Shown here piece by piece: positions 1 to 12,609 of a stretch of DNA of 64,000 nt. The number at the start of each line of letters is the position of its first letter. The stretch's first letter is position 1. Source of the stretch: Octopus sinensis (taxonomy: Eukaryota); the NCBI RefSeq assembly GCF_006345805.1, contig NC_043004.1, forward strand, positions 61,256,001-61,320,000. The letters run 5' to 3'. Under the pieces are notes generated by a model that was not told the origin of the DNA, did no database searches, and saw only the letters and a list, made by a program, of their open reading frames with translations. The position numbers and the translations under genes are program-made.

Positions 1-1033
1 ACGTTTACGTGAAAGTGTGTACATTATGTATGTATGAATATGTGTACTTGTGTGTGTATATGTATGTGTATACAAATATACATATATATGTATATATATA
101 TATAATATATATATATATGTGCTTGTTGTAGAGAGAGATACATCATAAGTACGAGTGGATGAGAAGGAAATGAGCGAGAGAACATGTGTGTTTGTGTATG
201 TGTATGAGTGTGCGTGTGAGTTGTGTGTGGTGTTTGTTTGCGTTTGTATCCGTAGGAAAAGAGATAGAAAGGAAGGGAGAGGGGCGGTTAATGGATTTCC
301 TTTAGGCCTGATGGCACCTTGGGGAGGGTCTACTCCAGCGCCACTAAATGTGTGTCGGCGGTTAGGTAGGTCATATATCACAACCTTTATGACTCTGAAG
401 AGGTCAAAATAAAATAAAAATAAAAATAAAATAAGGGAGGAAATGTGTGTGTATATATGTGCATGTATACATGTGCAGATATGTATATATATATGTGTGT
501 GTGTGTGTATGTGTGTGTATATTTTTATCTATATATATATGTGTAGATATATGTGTGCGTGTGCTTGCATGTTGGCATGTATGTGTATGTGTATTTGTAT
601 ATATATTATGTGTGTGTATGTATATATGTTTGTGTGTATGTATGAGTATGTGTATATGTATATATATATATATGTATTTGTATATATGTATATATATATA
701 AGCAATAATCTTCTTATTACCTGAAACTCTATTCTATTATTCTATTTATTCATTTATCTACTTTATCACTGATTCTTTTGACCACTCCCCTAAGAAAGAT
801 AGTTTGGTGCCCTGCTACCCCAAAAGTCCACCACCACCACCACCCCATTAAATCTGCCTAAATGTAAAATGCCAAAACTGATTTTGACAGCAAGCTTCTG
901 AAGATTTCATTTGAATGAAACAGTTCTAGTCCTGTAGAAGCTCCTTCTATAAAATAAATAATTTACTCTGCTAGTATTGAGTACCTTATTTACTGTGGTT
1001 ATCCCGATTCACCCGGACCTACATATATAGATC

Positions 1034-1074
<41 letters not shown>

Positions 1075-2239
1075 TATATATATATGTATATATATGACTG
1101 CTTTCTTCTGTTCTTTCTACATGCCCACTCACAAAGCTGTGGTCGGCCTGAGGCTATAGTAGAGACATTTGCTCACAGTGTTATGCTGGGAAAATGAACC
1201 CAGAACCATGCGAATGTGAAGTAAGTTTCTTACCATACTGCCACGCCTGCACCTATGTGCACAGCCACGGCTGCTACAGAACTTGTATTTTAAAACGTTG
1301 GAAATAGCGCTGAAAATAAATTTTGATCTAAATTTTTACCCTACCTCAACGAAGCGAAGCCGTGTGTATATGTAGGAAAAAAATGTTTTCTAACAGAAAA
1401 TTATGCTATTAAAATGAATTATCGTTTACGTAACTATTTTTAAATCACTGTGGATAAATTCCGACTGATGACCTTCTCAGGTTCTCTAATATTTTAAGTT
1501 TTAAATCGAAACAATCGGTGGATGGAGTGGGGTTGCAAAAAATTCGTTTCCCAAATTTTCTTTTTTATAACATATGAATGTATTTATGGAGAAAAATATT
1601 GAGAAACATCAATACATGTGTGAGTGATAAAGAAACGAGGAGGGTTGTCTTTGGATGTGCTAGAATCAGCAGCCAAATCGTCCTTAGATCATTCACTTTT
1701 CCCTCTGAAAATACTAACATTGTTTTTTTATCGTAAATGCTTTTGCCCATTGTTTTGAAGCCGAAATAGGTCCGGAGTACGACGATAGGGGAGGGAGGCG
1801 TAAAAACAAATTTCAAAATTTTATTCATACAAAGATGCCTCCTGCCACCTATCACATCATTTCGAAGGCTGTGGTTTAAAAAAATAGGGAAAATCCTAGT
1901 AAAAAAAATTCTTCCCAAATTACTCCATAATCATAATCTATGCCGTTTGGGAGGGATTTATATAAATATTTACTTAGCAGGAGAGAACTATTATACAAAA
2001 AAATAAATAGACGTAAAATACAAAAATTATTACAACTGGGAATCAAATGTAAATATATTAGCAAGCGGCTAGCAGAAAACCGCCCGAGGGCAATCTCTCT
2101 ATCTTTCTGCTACTGTATATAATCTATTATAATCCCTCTCTATATATATACATACATACATACATACATACATACATACATACATACATACATCCATACA
2201 TATATATATATATATATATAATATATATATATATATATA
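1..2239 (+). repeat. Copy 1 of a ~2.2 kb near-identical direct duplication (copy 2 at ~5270-7530)
   Basis: ORFs 443..724/5714..5995 and 1565..1918/6836..7189 repeat at offset 5271. The unique sequence matches nearly base for base, with scattered substitutions and 1-nt indels. Confidence 0.95.
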
Positions 2240-2339
2240 NNNNNNNNNNNNNNNNNNNNNNNNNNNNNNNNNNNNNNNNNNNNNNNNNNNNNNNNNNNNN
2301 NNNNNNNNNNNNNNNNNNNNNNNNNNNNNNNNNNNNNNN
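2240..2339. other. Assembly gap (100 N placeholder)
   Basis: Exactly 100 consecutive N. Confidence 0.99.
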
Positions 2340-2355
2340 GAGTAAAGAGTAAAGA

Positions 2356-2427
2356 GTATTTGATTTTTTGATTTTGATTTTTCCAGTTTCAGCTAATGAG
2401 CTGTGGCCATGCTGGGCACCGCCATTA
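2356..2427 (-). mobile_element. Isolated 3' tail of the CR1-like LINE family seen at 9833-11346
   Basis: Its reverse complement nearly matches 11284-11346 (AATGGCGGTGCCCCAGCATGGCCACAGCTCATGAGCTGAAACTGGAAAAATCAAAATC). Confidence 0.85.
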
Positions 2428-3075
2428 GTCGAGGAATTATTTATAGAAGGAGCTTCTACAGGACTAGAACTGTTTCATTCAAATGAAATCTTCAGAAGCT
2501 TGCTGTCAAAATCAGTTTGGCATTTATCATTTAGGCAGATTTAATGGGGTGGGTGGTGGGGTACTTTTTGGTAAGCAGGGCACAAACTATCTTCTTAGGG
2601 GAGTGGTCAAAAGAATCAGTGATAAGTAGATAAATGAATAATAGAATAATAGAAGAGGTTTTAGGTAAATAAGAAGACTATTCGCTTATATATATATATA
2701 TACATATATACACGAGTACATATATATATATATATATATACATATACACATACTCATACATACACACACACATATATACATACACACACATACATATATA
2801 TACAAATACACATACACATACGTGCCAACATGCAAGCTCACGCACACATATATCTACACATATTATATATATATATAAATATACACACCCATGCACACAC
2901 ACACATATATATATATATATATCTGCACATGTATACATAACTATATACACACAAAACCACATATATAAATATACTTCAGTACACATAAATAATAATATAT
3001 ATAATGCAAACCCATACTTACACATACATATACGCGTACATGTACATATACATACAGATATATATATATATATAT

Positions 3076-3115
<40 letters not shown>

Positions 3116-3638
3116 TATACATAAACAGACCAGCGTACATATATATACCTATACACCTATACATACATACATACAAACACATAGATCCACGCACATAAGT
3201 ACATACAAATATATATCCATATCCATATTCATATTCAGATTCATATCCAAACCCATATGTACATCTAATATATATTTTATATCTATATATATATATATAG
3301 ATATATAAATATATACCATATGTAAATACAAACATAATATAACATACGTATATTCCTATTTACATTTATACACATAGATATTTGTGGTACATATACACAA
3401 CACCCCATAACATATCACATGCATATACCCACACATAAATACACATCCGTGTACACACATACATACTACACATACACTACACACACATACATACACACGT
3501 GTACATACATACAGACATATATATATACACATATATGCACATATTCACATATACATATACACACATACATATACATACATACACATACATATATATCTAT
3601 AAATACATATATATACACATGTACACACACATACATAT

Positions 3639-3678
<40 letters not shown>

Positions 3679-3690
3679 AAAAACATGTAC
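2428..3690 (-). repeat. Diverged, internally deleted inverted copy of the TG/TA-rich repeat at ~4200-6250
   Basis: 2428-2690 is the reverse complement of 5972-6235 (and of 700-960). 2930-2985 matches rc of 5220-5270, and 3000-3200 matches rc of 4310-4500. Confidence 0.85.
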
Positions 3691-5269
3691 ACATAGCCTC
3701 CTGTGTAAGAACGCGCCCTCTGTAGTAGTCCCCAACTACTACAGAGACCATACACAGGAGGCCATACCTGCTGTGACCTTTCATTCTGAGAGCCTGGAGA
3801 TCTTGTTCGCCAAAAGCTCTCTCTTCAACAAGATCTCGGAACCCTCCCCAAACTGTAATGCACAAAATTATGCAAACTACAAAGACTACAGACCCACCCG
3901 GCAACCCGATTGACGACACCCCACCCACTAAAACCCCCCACCCCCACCGTTCCTTCAGCACCTCCAATTAATCTTCTCTCCTAAGACTATTCACATATAT
4001 GGATGTTGGCATATGTGTGTGTGTGTACATATATGTATACGCGTAATATACGTTTTGTATGTGAGTGTATATGAACCGTGTATGTACATGTGTATGTGAA
4101 GGCGTGCATACGTGTGTATGTGTATATGTGGTACATGTTTTTTTATGTGTAATATATATATATATATATTTGTGTGTGTATATGTATGTGTGTGTATATG
4201 TGTATATATATGTATTTTAGATATATATGTATGTTGTATATATATTATGTCTGTATGTCTGTATATGTTGGTATGTTGTGTATGTGCATATGTGTGTATA
4301 TATATGTGTGTGTGTACTTATGTGCGTGGATCTACGCGTTTGTATGTATGTATGTATAGGTGTAGAGGTATATATATGTACGCTTGTGTGTTTATGTATA
4401 TGTATAATATATTATATATATATAATATCTATGTATGTTCTATGTACATGTACGCGTATATGTATGTGTAAAGTATGGGTATTTGCATTATTTATTTATT
4501 TATTTGTGTATGCATGTATGTATATGTGTCTATGTATATGTATGTATGCTTGTATGTATTTATGTATATATAGATGCGGCGTGTGTGTGTGTGGATGTGT
4601 ATGTATGTGTATATACATATCTAAATATATTATGTAAGCGTATGTGTATTGGTGTATAGTCATATATTATATATGTATATGTGTGTGTTTGTGAATATAT
4701 ATGTATATATGTGTATGTGTGTATATGCTTGTATACTCGGTTTGTTGTACGTATGTATATGTGTGTGTATGTTTGTATATATATATATATATATATATAT
4801 TATATGGGTTTATATGTGTATATGTCTGTGTATGTAGGTATGTATGCGATGGGTGTAAGTATATATATGTGTATGTATATGTAGGTATATACGTATTGTA
4901 CGTGTGTATATATATACATATATATAATATGTATATATATGGACTTGTAGATTTCTCTGTGTATATATATATGTATGTATATGTGTGTAGATATGTATTT
5001 GTATGTACGTGCACGTATGTGTATGTACGTGCATGTATGTATATATGTGTCTATGCTTGTATATGTACGTATGCTTTTATGTACACGTGTATGCGTGCAT
5101 GTGTGCATATGGTAGTTATAAGCGTATGGATGCGTATATATGCGTATGTATGTTTATATCACGAATGCTGTATATAGGCATATGCGTTTATATTGGCGGG
5201 CAGATGTTTGTGTGTATTTATGTCTACTGAAGTATTTATATATGTGGTTTTGTGTATATAGTTATGTAT

Positions 5270-6304
5270 ACGTTTACGTGACAGTGTGTCCATTATGTAT
5301 GTTATGAATATGTGTACTTGTGTGTGTATATGTATGTGTATACAATATACATATTATGTATATATATATATAATATATATATATATGTGCTTGTTGTAGA
5401 GAGAGATACATACATAAGTACGAGTGGATGAGAAGGAAATGAGCGAGAGAACATGTGTGTTTGTGTATGTGTATGAGTGTGCGTGTGAGTGTGTGTGTGT
5501 GTGAGTGTTTGCGTTTGTATCCGTAGGAAAAGAGATAGAAAGGAAGGGAGAGGGGCGGTTAATGGATTTCCTTTAGGCCTGATGGCACCTTGGGGAGGGT
5601 CTACTCCAGCGCCACTAAATGTGTGTCGGCGGTTAGGTAGGTCATATATCACAACCTTTATGACTCTGAAGAGGTCAAAATAAAATAAAAATAAAAATAA
5701 AATAAGGGAGGAAATGTGTGTGTATATATGTGCATGTATACATGTGCAGATATGTATATATATATGTGTGTGTGTGTGTATGTGTGTGTATATTTTTATC
5801 TATATATATATGTGTAGATATATGTGTGCGTGTGCTTGCATGTTGGCATGTATGTGTATGTGTATTTGTATATATATTATGTGTGTGTATGTATATATGT
5901 TTGTGTGTATGTATGAGTATGTGTATATGTATATATATATATATGTATTTGTATATATGTATATATATATAAGCAATAATCTTCTTATTACCTGAAACTC
6001 TATTCTATTATTCTATTTATTCATTTATCTACTTTATCACTGATTCTTTTGACCACTCCCCTAAGAAAGATAGTTTGGTGCCCTGCTACCCCAAAAGTCC
6101 ACCACCACCACCACCCCATTAAATCTGCCTAAATGTAAAATGCCAAAACTGATTTTGACAGCAAGCTTCTGAAGATTTCATTTGAATGAAACAGTTCTAG
6201 TCCTGTAGAAGCTCCTTCTATAAAATAAATAATTTACTCTGCTAGTATTGAGTACCTTATTTACTGTGGTTATCCCGATTCACCCGGACCTACATATATA
6301 GATC

Positions 6305-6345
<41 letters not shown>

Positions 6346-7456
6346 TATATATATATGTATATATATGACTGCTTTCTTCTGTTCTTTCTACATGCCCACT
6401 CACAAAGCTGTGGTCGGCCTGAGGCTATAGTAGAGACATTTGCTCACAGTGTTATGCTGGGAAAATGAACCCAGAACCATGCGAATGTGAAGTAAGTTTC
6501 TTACCATACTGCCACGCCTGCACCTATGTGCACAGCCACGGCTGCTACAGAACTTGTATTTTAAAACGTTGGAAATAGCGCTGAAAATAAATTTTGATCT
6601 AAATTTTTACCCTACCTCAACGAAGCGAAGCCGTGTGTATATGTAGGAAAAAAATGTTTTCTAACAGAAAATTATGCTATTAAAATGAATTATCGTTTAC
6701 GTAACTATTTTTAAATCACTGTGGATAAATTCCGACTGATGACCTTCTCAGGTTCTCTAATATTTTAAGTTTTAAATCGAAACAATCGGTGGATGGAGTG
6801 GGGTTGCAAAAAATTCGTTTCCCAAATTTTCTTTTTTATAACATATGAATGTATTTATGGAGAAAAATATTGAGAAACATCAATACATGTGTGAGTGATA
6901 AAGAAACGAGGATGGTTGTCTTTGGATGTGCTAGAATCAGCAGCCAAATCGTCCTTAGATCATTCACTTTTCCCTCTGAAAATACTAACATTGTTTTTTT
7001 TATCGTAAATGCTTTTCCCATTGTTTTAAAGCCGAAATAGGTCCGGAGTACGACGATAGGGGAGGGAGGCGTAAAAACAAGTTTCAAAATTTTATTCATA
7101 CAAAGATGCCTCCTGCCACCTATCACATCATTTCGAAGGCTGTGGTTTAAAAAAATAGGGAAAATCCTAGTAAAAAAAATTCTTCCCAAATTACTCCATA
7201 ATCATAATCTATGCCGTTTGGGAGGGATTTATATAAATATTTACTTAGCAGGTGAGAACTATTATACAAAAAAATAAATAGACGTAAAATACAAAAATTA
7301 TTACAACTGGGAATCAAATGTAAATATATTAGCAAGCGGCTAGCAGAAAACCGCCCGAGGGCAATCTCTCTATCTTTCTGCTACTGTATATAATCTATAC
7401 GTATAATCCCTCTCTATATATTACTACATACATACATACATACATACATACATACA

Positions 7457-7516
<60 letters not shown>

Positions 7517-7530
7517 TATATATATATACA
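5270..7530 (+). repeat. Copy 2 of the ~2.2 kb direct duplication
   Basis: Direct alignment with 1-2239. Confidence 0.95.
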
Positions 7531-7535
7531 TATAT

Positions 7536-7590
<55 letters not shown>

Positions 7591-8080
7591 CTGTTCGCAT
7601 TATATTATTTAGCTCAAGTTCATTGTCCAGATATCTTTTGTCACACGCCTGGACCTCTTCGGTGATACTTTTCGTTTGTGTGGGTGTTCTTGTTCCACTT
7701 ACTCCATTCCTCTGTGGAGCCAGAACACACACGAAACCGAAAACGAAGTTTCACTGAAGAGACACTTCGTCACAGACGTATGACGAAAGATTTCCGGGTA
7801 ACGACGGGAGATAAAATAATAGAATAAGTACAGTAATAAACAAGCGAAGAAATATATATAGTATGGGTGTCTATTTGCAAAAGAAAAGAAGAACGACCAT
7901 CCTAAAATACAAATTTATCTGTTTCAACACACGATTTTACATCAGGAATCTTCCAAAACGAATTGATATATATATATATGTATACACTCATACATATGCG
8001 TAAATAAACACGTGGATTCATGTAAAACATACAATCGCAGGTGTACAAATTTGACTACATATACGTATATATATATATAT

Positions 8081-9443
8081 AGTGCTGAGATCGCGTATGA
8101 CTCACTTCCTTGAGAGTCATAATATGCTGAACTCCAGCCAGCATGGATTCCGTAATGGGAGAGATTGCCTGACGCAGCTACTGCATCATTTTGATGACAT
8201 TTTGAGAGCCTTGGGAGAGGTTCCATCACTGATGTCATCTACCTTGATTTCAGCAAGCCTTTGACAGGTTGATCATAAGATCCTTCTGAGAAAGCTGTCC
8301 AATATTGGTGTCACTGGAAAGCTGCTGCAGTGATCAAGTGCTTCCTGTCTAACAAACCCAACATGTTGTAGTCGAAGGAGTCAAATCCAGCCCAGCCAAA
8401 GTCAGCAGTGGTGTCCCACAAGGCACTGTGTTGGGCCCACTTCTCTTCATCATCTACATAAATGATATTACTGACACCATCAAACACAGTAACATCAGAA
8501 CCTTCGCTGATGATTCCAAGCTCCAGAAGGTCATCAATGGCGTGGATGACCGAATAAGCCTTCAGTCAGACCTACTGGCTGTTGTCCAATGGGCGGAAAA
8601 GAATAACATGTTGCTAAACGAAGACAAATTAGAACTGATCCACTTTGGAAGGGAGGACGCTCTGAAACTCCCATACTCTCTTCCTTCTGGAGAAATTCTC
8701 ATGGCATCCAACAACATCAGAGACTTGGGAATAACAGTGGACAACAACATAAGCTGGGCTACACATATAAGCAGCAAAGTTGACATGGCCCGCAGAATGT
8801 GTTCCTGGATTCTCAGACCCTTCCAGTCGAGAGATTCCCACACTATTATCGTTCTCTTCTCCACTTTTGCCCGACCCCACCTTGAATACTGCTGTCCACT
8901 GTGGTCTCCCTACACAAAACAAAAGATTATGAGAATTGAAGCTCCCCAAAGGTCAATCACAAAAAAGATAGATGGCATGTCTGACCTTGACTACTGGGGT
9001 AGACTAGAGAAGCTGAAATTGTATTCACTCCAACGACGCCGTGAACGCTACATTATCTGTATGATGTGGAAAATATTCCATCAGCACTGTCCGAATGATG
9101 TTTGCATCACCTTCAAAATACATCCAAGGCTTGGACCACGTGCCATCCGTCCACAACTAAAATCTAAATCGCATCACATAACGACAATACGGCACAACTA
9201 TTTCACCTCAATTGGACCCGCTCTCTTCAACATTACACCAGGACACGTCAAAAAAGAAACTGACTACACGAAATTCAAGAAGTCTTTGGACAAATTCCTT
9301 CAAACAGTCTCGGACAAACCACCCACACCCAGATATGTCTCCGCAAACAATAACTCTCTGCTCGAATGGGACTTGGTGCCCAAATCCTGAATTGAAAGAC
9401 TTCGCCAAAATACTGGCCAAAATCTTTCTAAGACATTCTAAGT
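8081..9443 (+). mobile_element. 5'-truncated CR1-like LINE, reverse transcriptase remnant with frameshifts
   Basis: SQHGFRNGRDCLTQL (8082 ORF), then SGVPQGTVLGPLLFIIYINDI, FADDSKL, RPHLEYCCPLWSPY and KLYSLQRRRERY (8428..9390 ORF and just upstream). Confidence 0.92.
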
Positions 9444-9485
9444 TATATATATATATATACTATATATATTAATATATATATATAT

Positions 9486-9528
<43 letters not shown>

Positions 9529-9832
9529 TATATATATGTATATATATAATATATATAATATATATTATATTAATTAGAGATAAAACCACTATTAGGCAAA
9601 TCAAACAATGAAAAACATGAGCGAATACATAAAATTAATTAATTTATATTATTTTAAATATATATCAAAAGTATTAAAAGCTTAACAAAAGATAATGAGT
9701 AAAACACTACGATCGTTTCATAGCTGTCCAATTCGTAATAATTCGAGTTATGGTTAGTCAATCTTCATGTAATTGAAATATTTATCTTAGCGAGGTTTAA
9801 CGCCCATACTATGTATATATATATATATATAT

Positions 9833-11346
9833 ATGCCCTATTCATAAAGGAGGTAGCAGAGCGGAGGCCAAGAACTACAGACCTATCTCTGTAACCTCAC
9901 ACATCAGCAAGGTCATGGAACGAATAGTCAGAAGGAAACTAATCACCTTCCTTGAAGAAAATGACTTGCTGCCTGACACCCAACATGGTTTCCGACCAGA
10001 AAGAAGCTGCTTAACTCAGCTCCCACAACACTATGACTGGGTGCTGAAACGACTGCTCAACCACTCAAATGTGGAAGTGATATATCTCGACTTTGCAAAG
10101 GCCTTTCATAAAGTCGATCATGGAATGATATGTCACAAACTGCGTGATCTTGGCATAGTCGCACAATTGGGAGAATGGCTTCATGACTTTCTGAAGGATA
10201 GAAGTCAGGTGGTAGTAGCCAATGGGGCCACTTCCATTAACACGCAAATAGTGAGCGGTGTTCCGCAGAGCACTGTTTTGGGACCACTACTGTTCATAAT
10301 GGCCCTCTCAGACATGCCCTCAGCCACGCAGAGAGCCACGATCACAAGTTATGCAGATGATACAAAAGTTCACAGGCAATACAGAACCCTGAAGACACTA
10401 AGCACCTGCAATGTGAGCTGGACAAAATATACAAGTGGGCTGAAAAGAATAGCATGCATTTCAATACTGAAAAGTTTCAAGCTTTATGCTATCAGCATGC
10501 AAAACTGAATGCAATACCCAATGAATACATTGGACCCGGAGGGATTGCAATCCCAGAGGCACAATCAGTGCGTGACCTGGGTATTCACATGAGTGATTAC
10601 GCAACCTTTTATGTACATGTTGTTAACTGGCAATGAAATGTAGACGGCTGGCCGGATGGATTCTTAGGACCTTTAGAACAAGAGAACAAGAAACCATGAT
10701 GGTCCTCTGGAAGACACTTGTCCTAAGCCACTTTGACTATTGCTCTCAGCTATGGTCACCATCCACTGTCAAGTTGATCACAGAACTTGAGGCGATCCAA
10801 TGAAGCTACACGAAGAAGATAGCCTCTGTGCAGCAGATAAGCTACTGGGAAAGACTCAAGAGATTAAAACTCTATTCCTTGGAGCGTAGGCGAGAAAGAT
10901 ATGCCATAATATATATCTGGAAGATCCTGGAAGGACTTGTCCCAAACTTTGGTATCGAGAGTCACACAAATGCCAGAACCGGGCGCAACTGCGTGGTACT
11001 AAGGACTCCAAATTTGCCATCACGATGTATGACAAGATACTGTGATAGCCTTGGGCTTCAGAGGCCCACAGCTCTTCAATATCTTCCCGAAGAACCTGAG
11101 GGACCTACATGGTGTAGATGCGGATGTCTTTAAAGTAGGACTGGATCTCTTCCTGTCAGCTGTCCCGGATGAACCAACTTTACGGCAGGAGGTGCAGATG
11201 AGGGCAGCTGCATCGAACTCTCTCATGCACCAAATGACAGTTGCTAAAAAGCATTCGTAAGGTAAAATCATGTAGCAAACCAAATGGCGGTGCCCCAGCA
11301 TGGCCACAGCTCATGAGCTGAAACTGGAAAAATCAAAATCAAAATC
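9833..11346 (+). mobile_element. 5'-truncated CR1-like LINE (second family) with intact 3' tail and (AAATC)n end
   Basis: NYRPISVTSHISKVMER, QHGFRPERSCLTQL, YLDFAKAF, SGVPQSTVLGPLLF, YADDTKV and KLYSLERRRERY spread over several frames, followed by a short tandem-repeat tail. Confidence 0.92.
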
Positions 11347-11387
<41 letters not shown>

Positions 11388-11403
11388 GTGTGTGTGTGTG
11401 TGT

Positions 11404-11700
11404 GGAGGCGCAATGGCCTAGTGGTTAGGGCAGTTGACTCGCGCTCGCAGGATCGCGGTTTCGATTCCCAGTCCGGGCGTTGTGAGTGTTTATTGAGCGA
11501 AAACACCTAAAAGCTCCACGAGGCTCCGGCAGGGGGTGGTAATCCCTGCTGTACTCTTTCACCACTCTTTCTACCACTCTTTCTTCTGTTGGCCTGCTTC
11601 CTTAGCCAATGGGGTGGCGTCATTCGAAGGCTAAAAGACAATGCGAAGGCATTGTGACCAGCGATGTGTAACAACATCTGATGGTCTGGTCGGTCACGTG
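11404..11700 (+). mobile_element. tRNA(Arg)-like SINE (family C), full length
   Basis: A-box TGGCCTAGTGG, B-box-like GGTTTCGATTCC, TCG at the anticodon position. The same 3' end recurs in reverse at 21203-21320. Confidence 0.8.
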
Positions 11701-11926
11701 GCCTTCGAATGACGCCACCCCTTGGCTAAGCAAGCAGGCCAACAGAAGAAAGAGTGGGAGAAAGAGTGGTGAAAGAGTACAGCAGGGATCACCACCATAC
11801 CCTGCCGGAGCCTCGTGGAGCTTTTAGGTGTTTTCGCTCAATAAACACTCACAACGCCCGGACTGGGAATCGAAACCGCGATCCTGCGACCGCGAGTCCA
11901 CTGCCCTAACCACTAGGCCATTGCGC

Positions 11927-11930
<4 letters not shown>
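11701..11930 (-). mobile_element. tRNA(Arg)-like SINE (family C), inverted, lacking its 3' ~69 nt
   Basis: Reverse complement of 11404-11631 with a few substitutions and indels. Confidence 0.85.
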
Positions 11931-11959
<29 letters not shown>

Positions 11960-11986
11960 TATATATATATATATATATTTATACAT

Positions 11987-12320
11987 AGGCGCAGGAGTGG
12001 CTGTGTGATAAGTAGCTTGCTAACCAACCACATGGTTCCGTGTTCATTTCCACTGCGTGGCAACTTGGGCAAGTGTCTTCTACTATAGCCTCGGGCCGAC
12101 CAAATCTTTGTTAGTGGATTTGGTCGAAGGAAACTGAAAGGAGTCCGTCGTATATATGAATATATATATATATATATATATACATATGTATGACTGTGTT
12201 TGTCACTCCAGCATTGCTTGACAACCGAAGCTGGTGTGTTTGCGTTCCAGTAACTTAGTAGTTCGGCAAAAGGCGGTGCTCCTGCATGGCCGCAATCAAA
12301 TGTCTGAAACAAATAAAAGA

Positions 12321-12322
<2 letters not shown>
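11987..12322 (+). mobile_element. tRNA-derived SINE family A (internal microsatellite, CR1-like tail), internally deleted
   Basis: Head GCAGGAGTGGCTGTGTG, CORE-like TTGGGCAAGTGTCTT, tail GGCGGTGCTCCTGCATGGCCGC...AAAC. Confidence 0.8.
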
Positions 12323-12359
<37 letters not shown>

Positions 12360-12609
12360 CACCTACACGTACATGCATAATTATTTATATATATGCAGGC
12401 TGGTGGCCGGATGGATCCTTAGATCTTTCAGAACAAGTGATAAACCATGATGGTCTTTTGGATGACAGTTGTCCTCAGCCGTTTAGATCACTGCTCCCAA
12501 CTGTATATACAAATAACTATAGACACACAATACACACACACACACACGCATAGATATATATCCGTATACGTAATTACACTTATATAGACATATATACATA
12601 CCACAGAGA

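Noticed and set aside
1460-1520. CTGATGA...GAAAC hammerhead-like spacing
   Set aside because: No stem II closure, no valid stem III/NUH, and stem I does not pair.
443-5995. Numerous YI/CV/HT-rich ORFs here and throughout the window
   Set aside because: They are translations of (TA)n/(TG)n/(CA)n microsatellites, which lack stops in some frames; there is no protein-like complexity.
7745-7800. CTGAAGA...GAAA with local hairpins
   Set aside because: The stems cannot be arranged into a hammerhead topology on either strand.
11404-11480. tRNA-Arg gene
   Set aside because: The acceptor stem is incomplete and the sequence continues into a repeated SINE body, so it is a SINE head.
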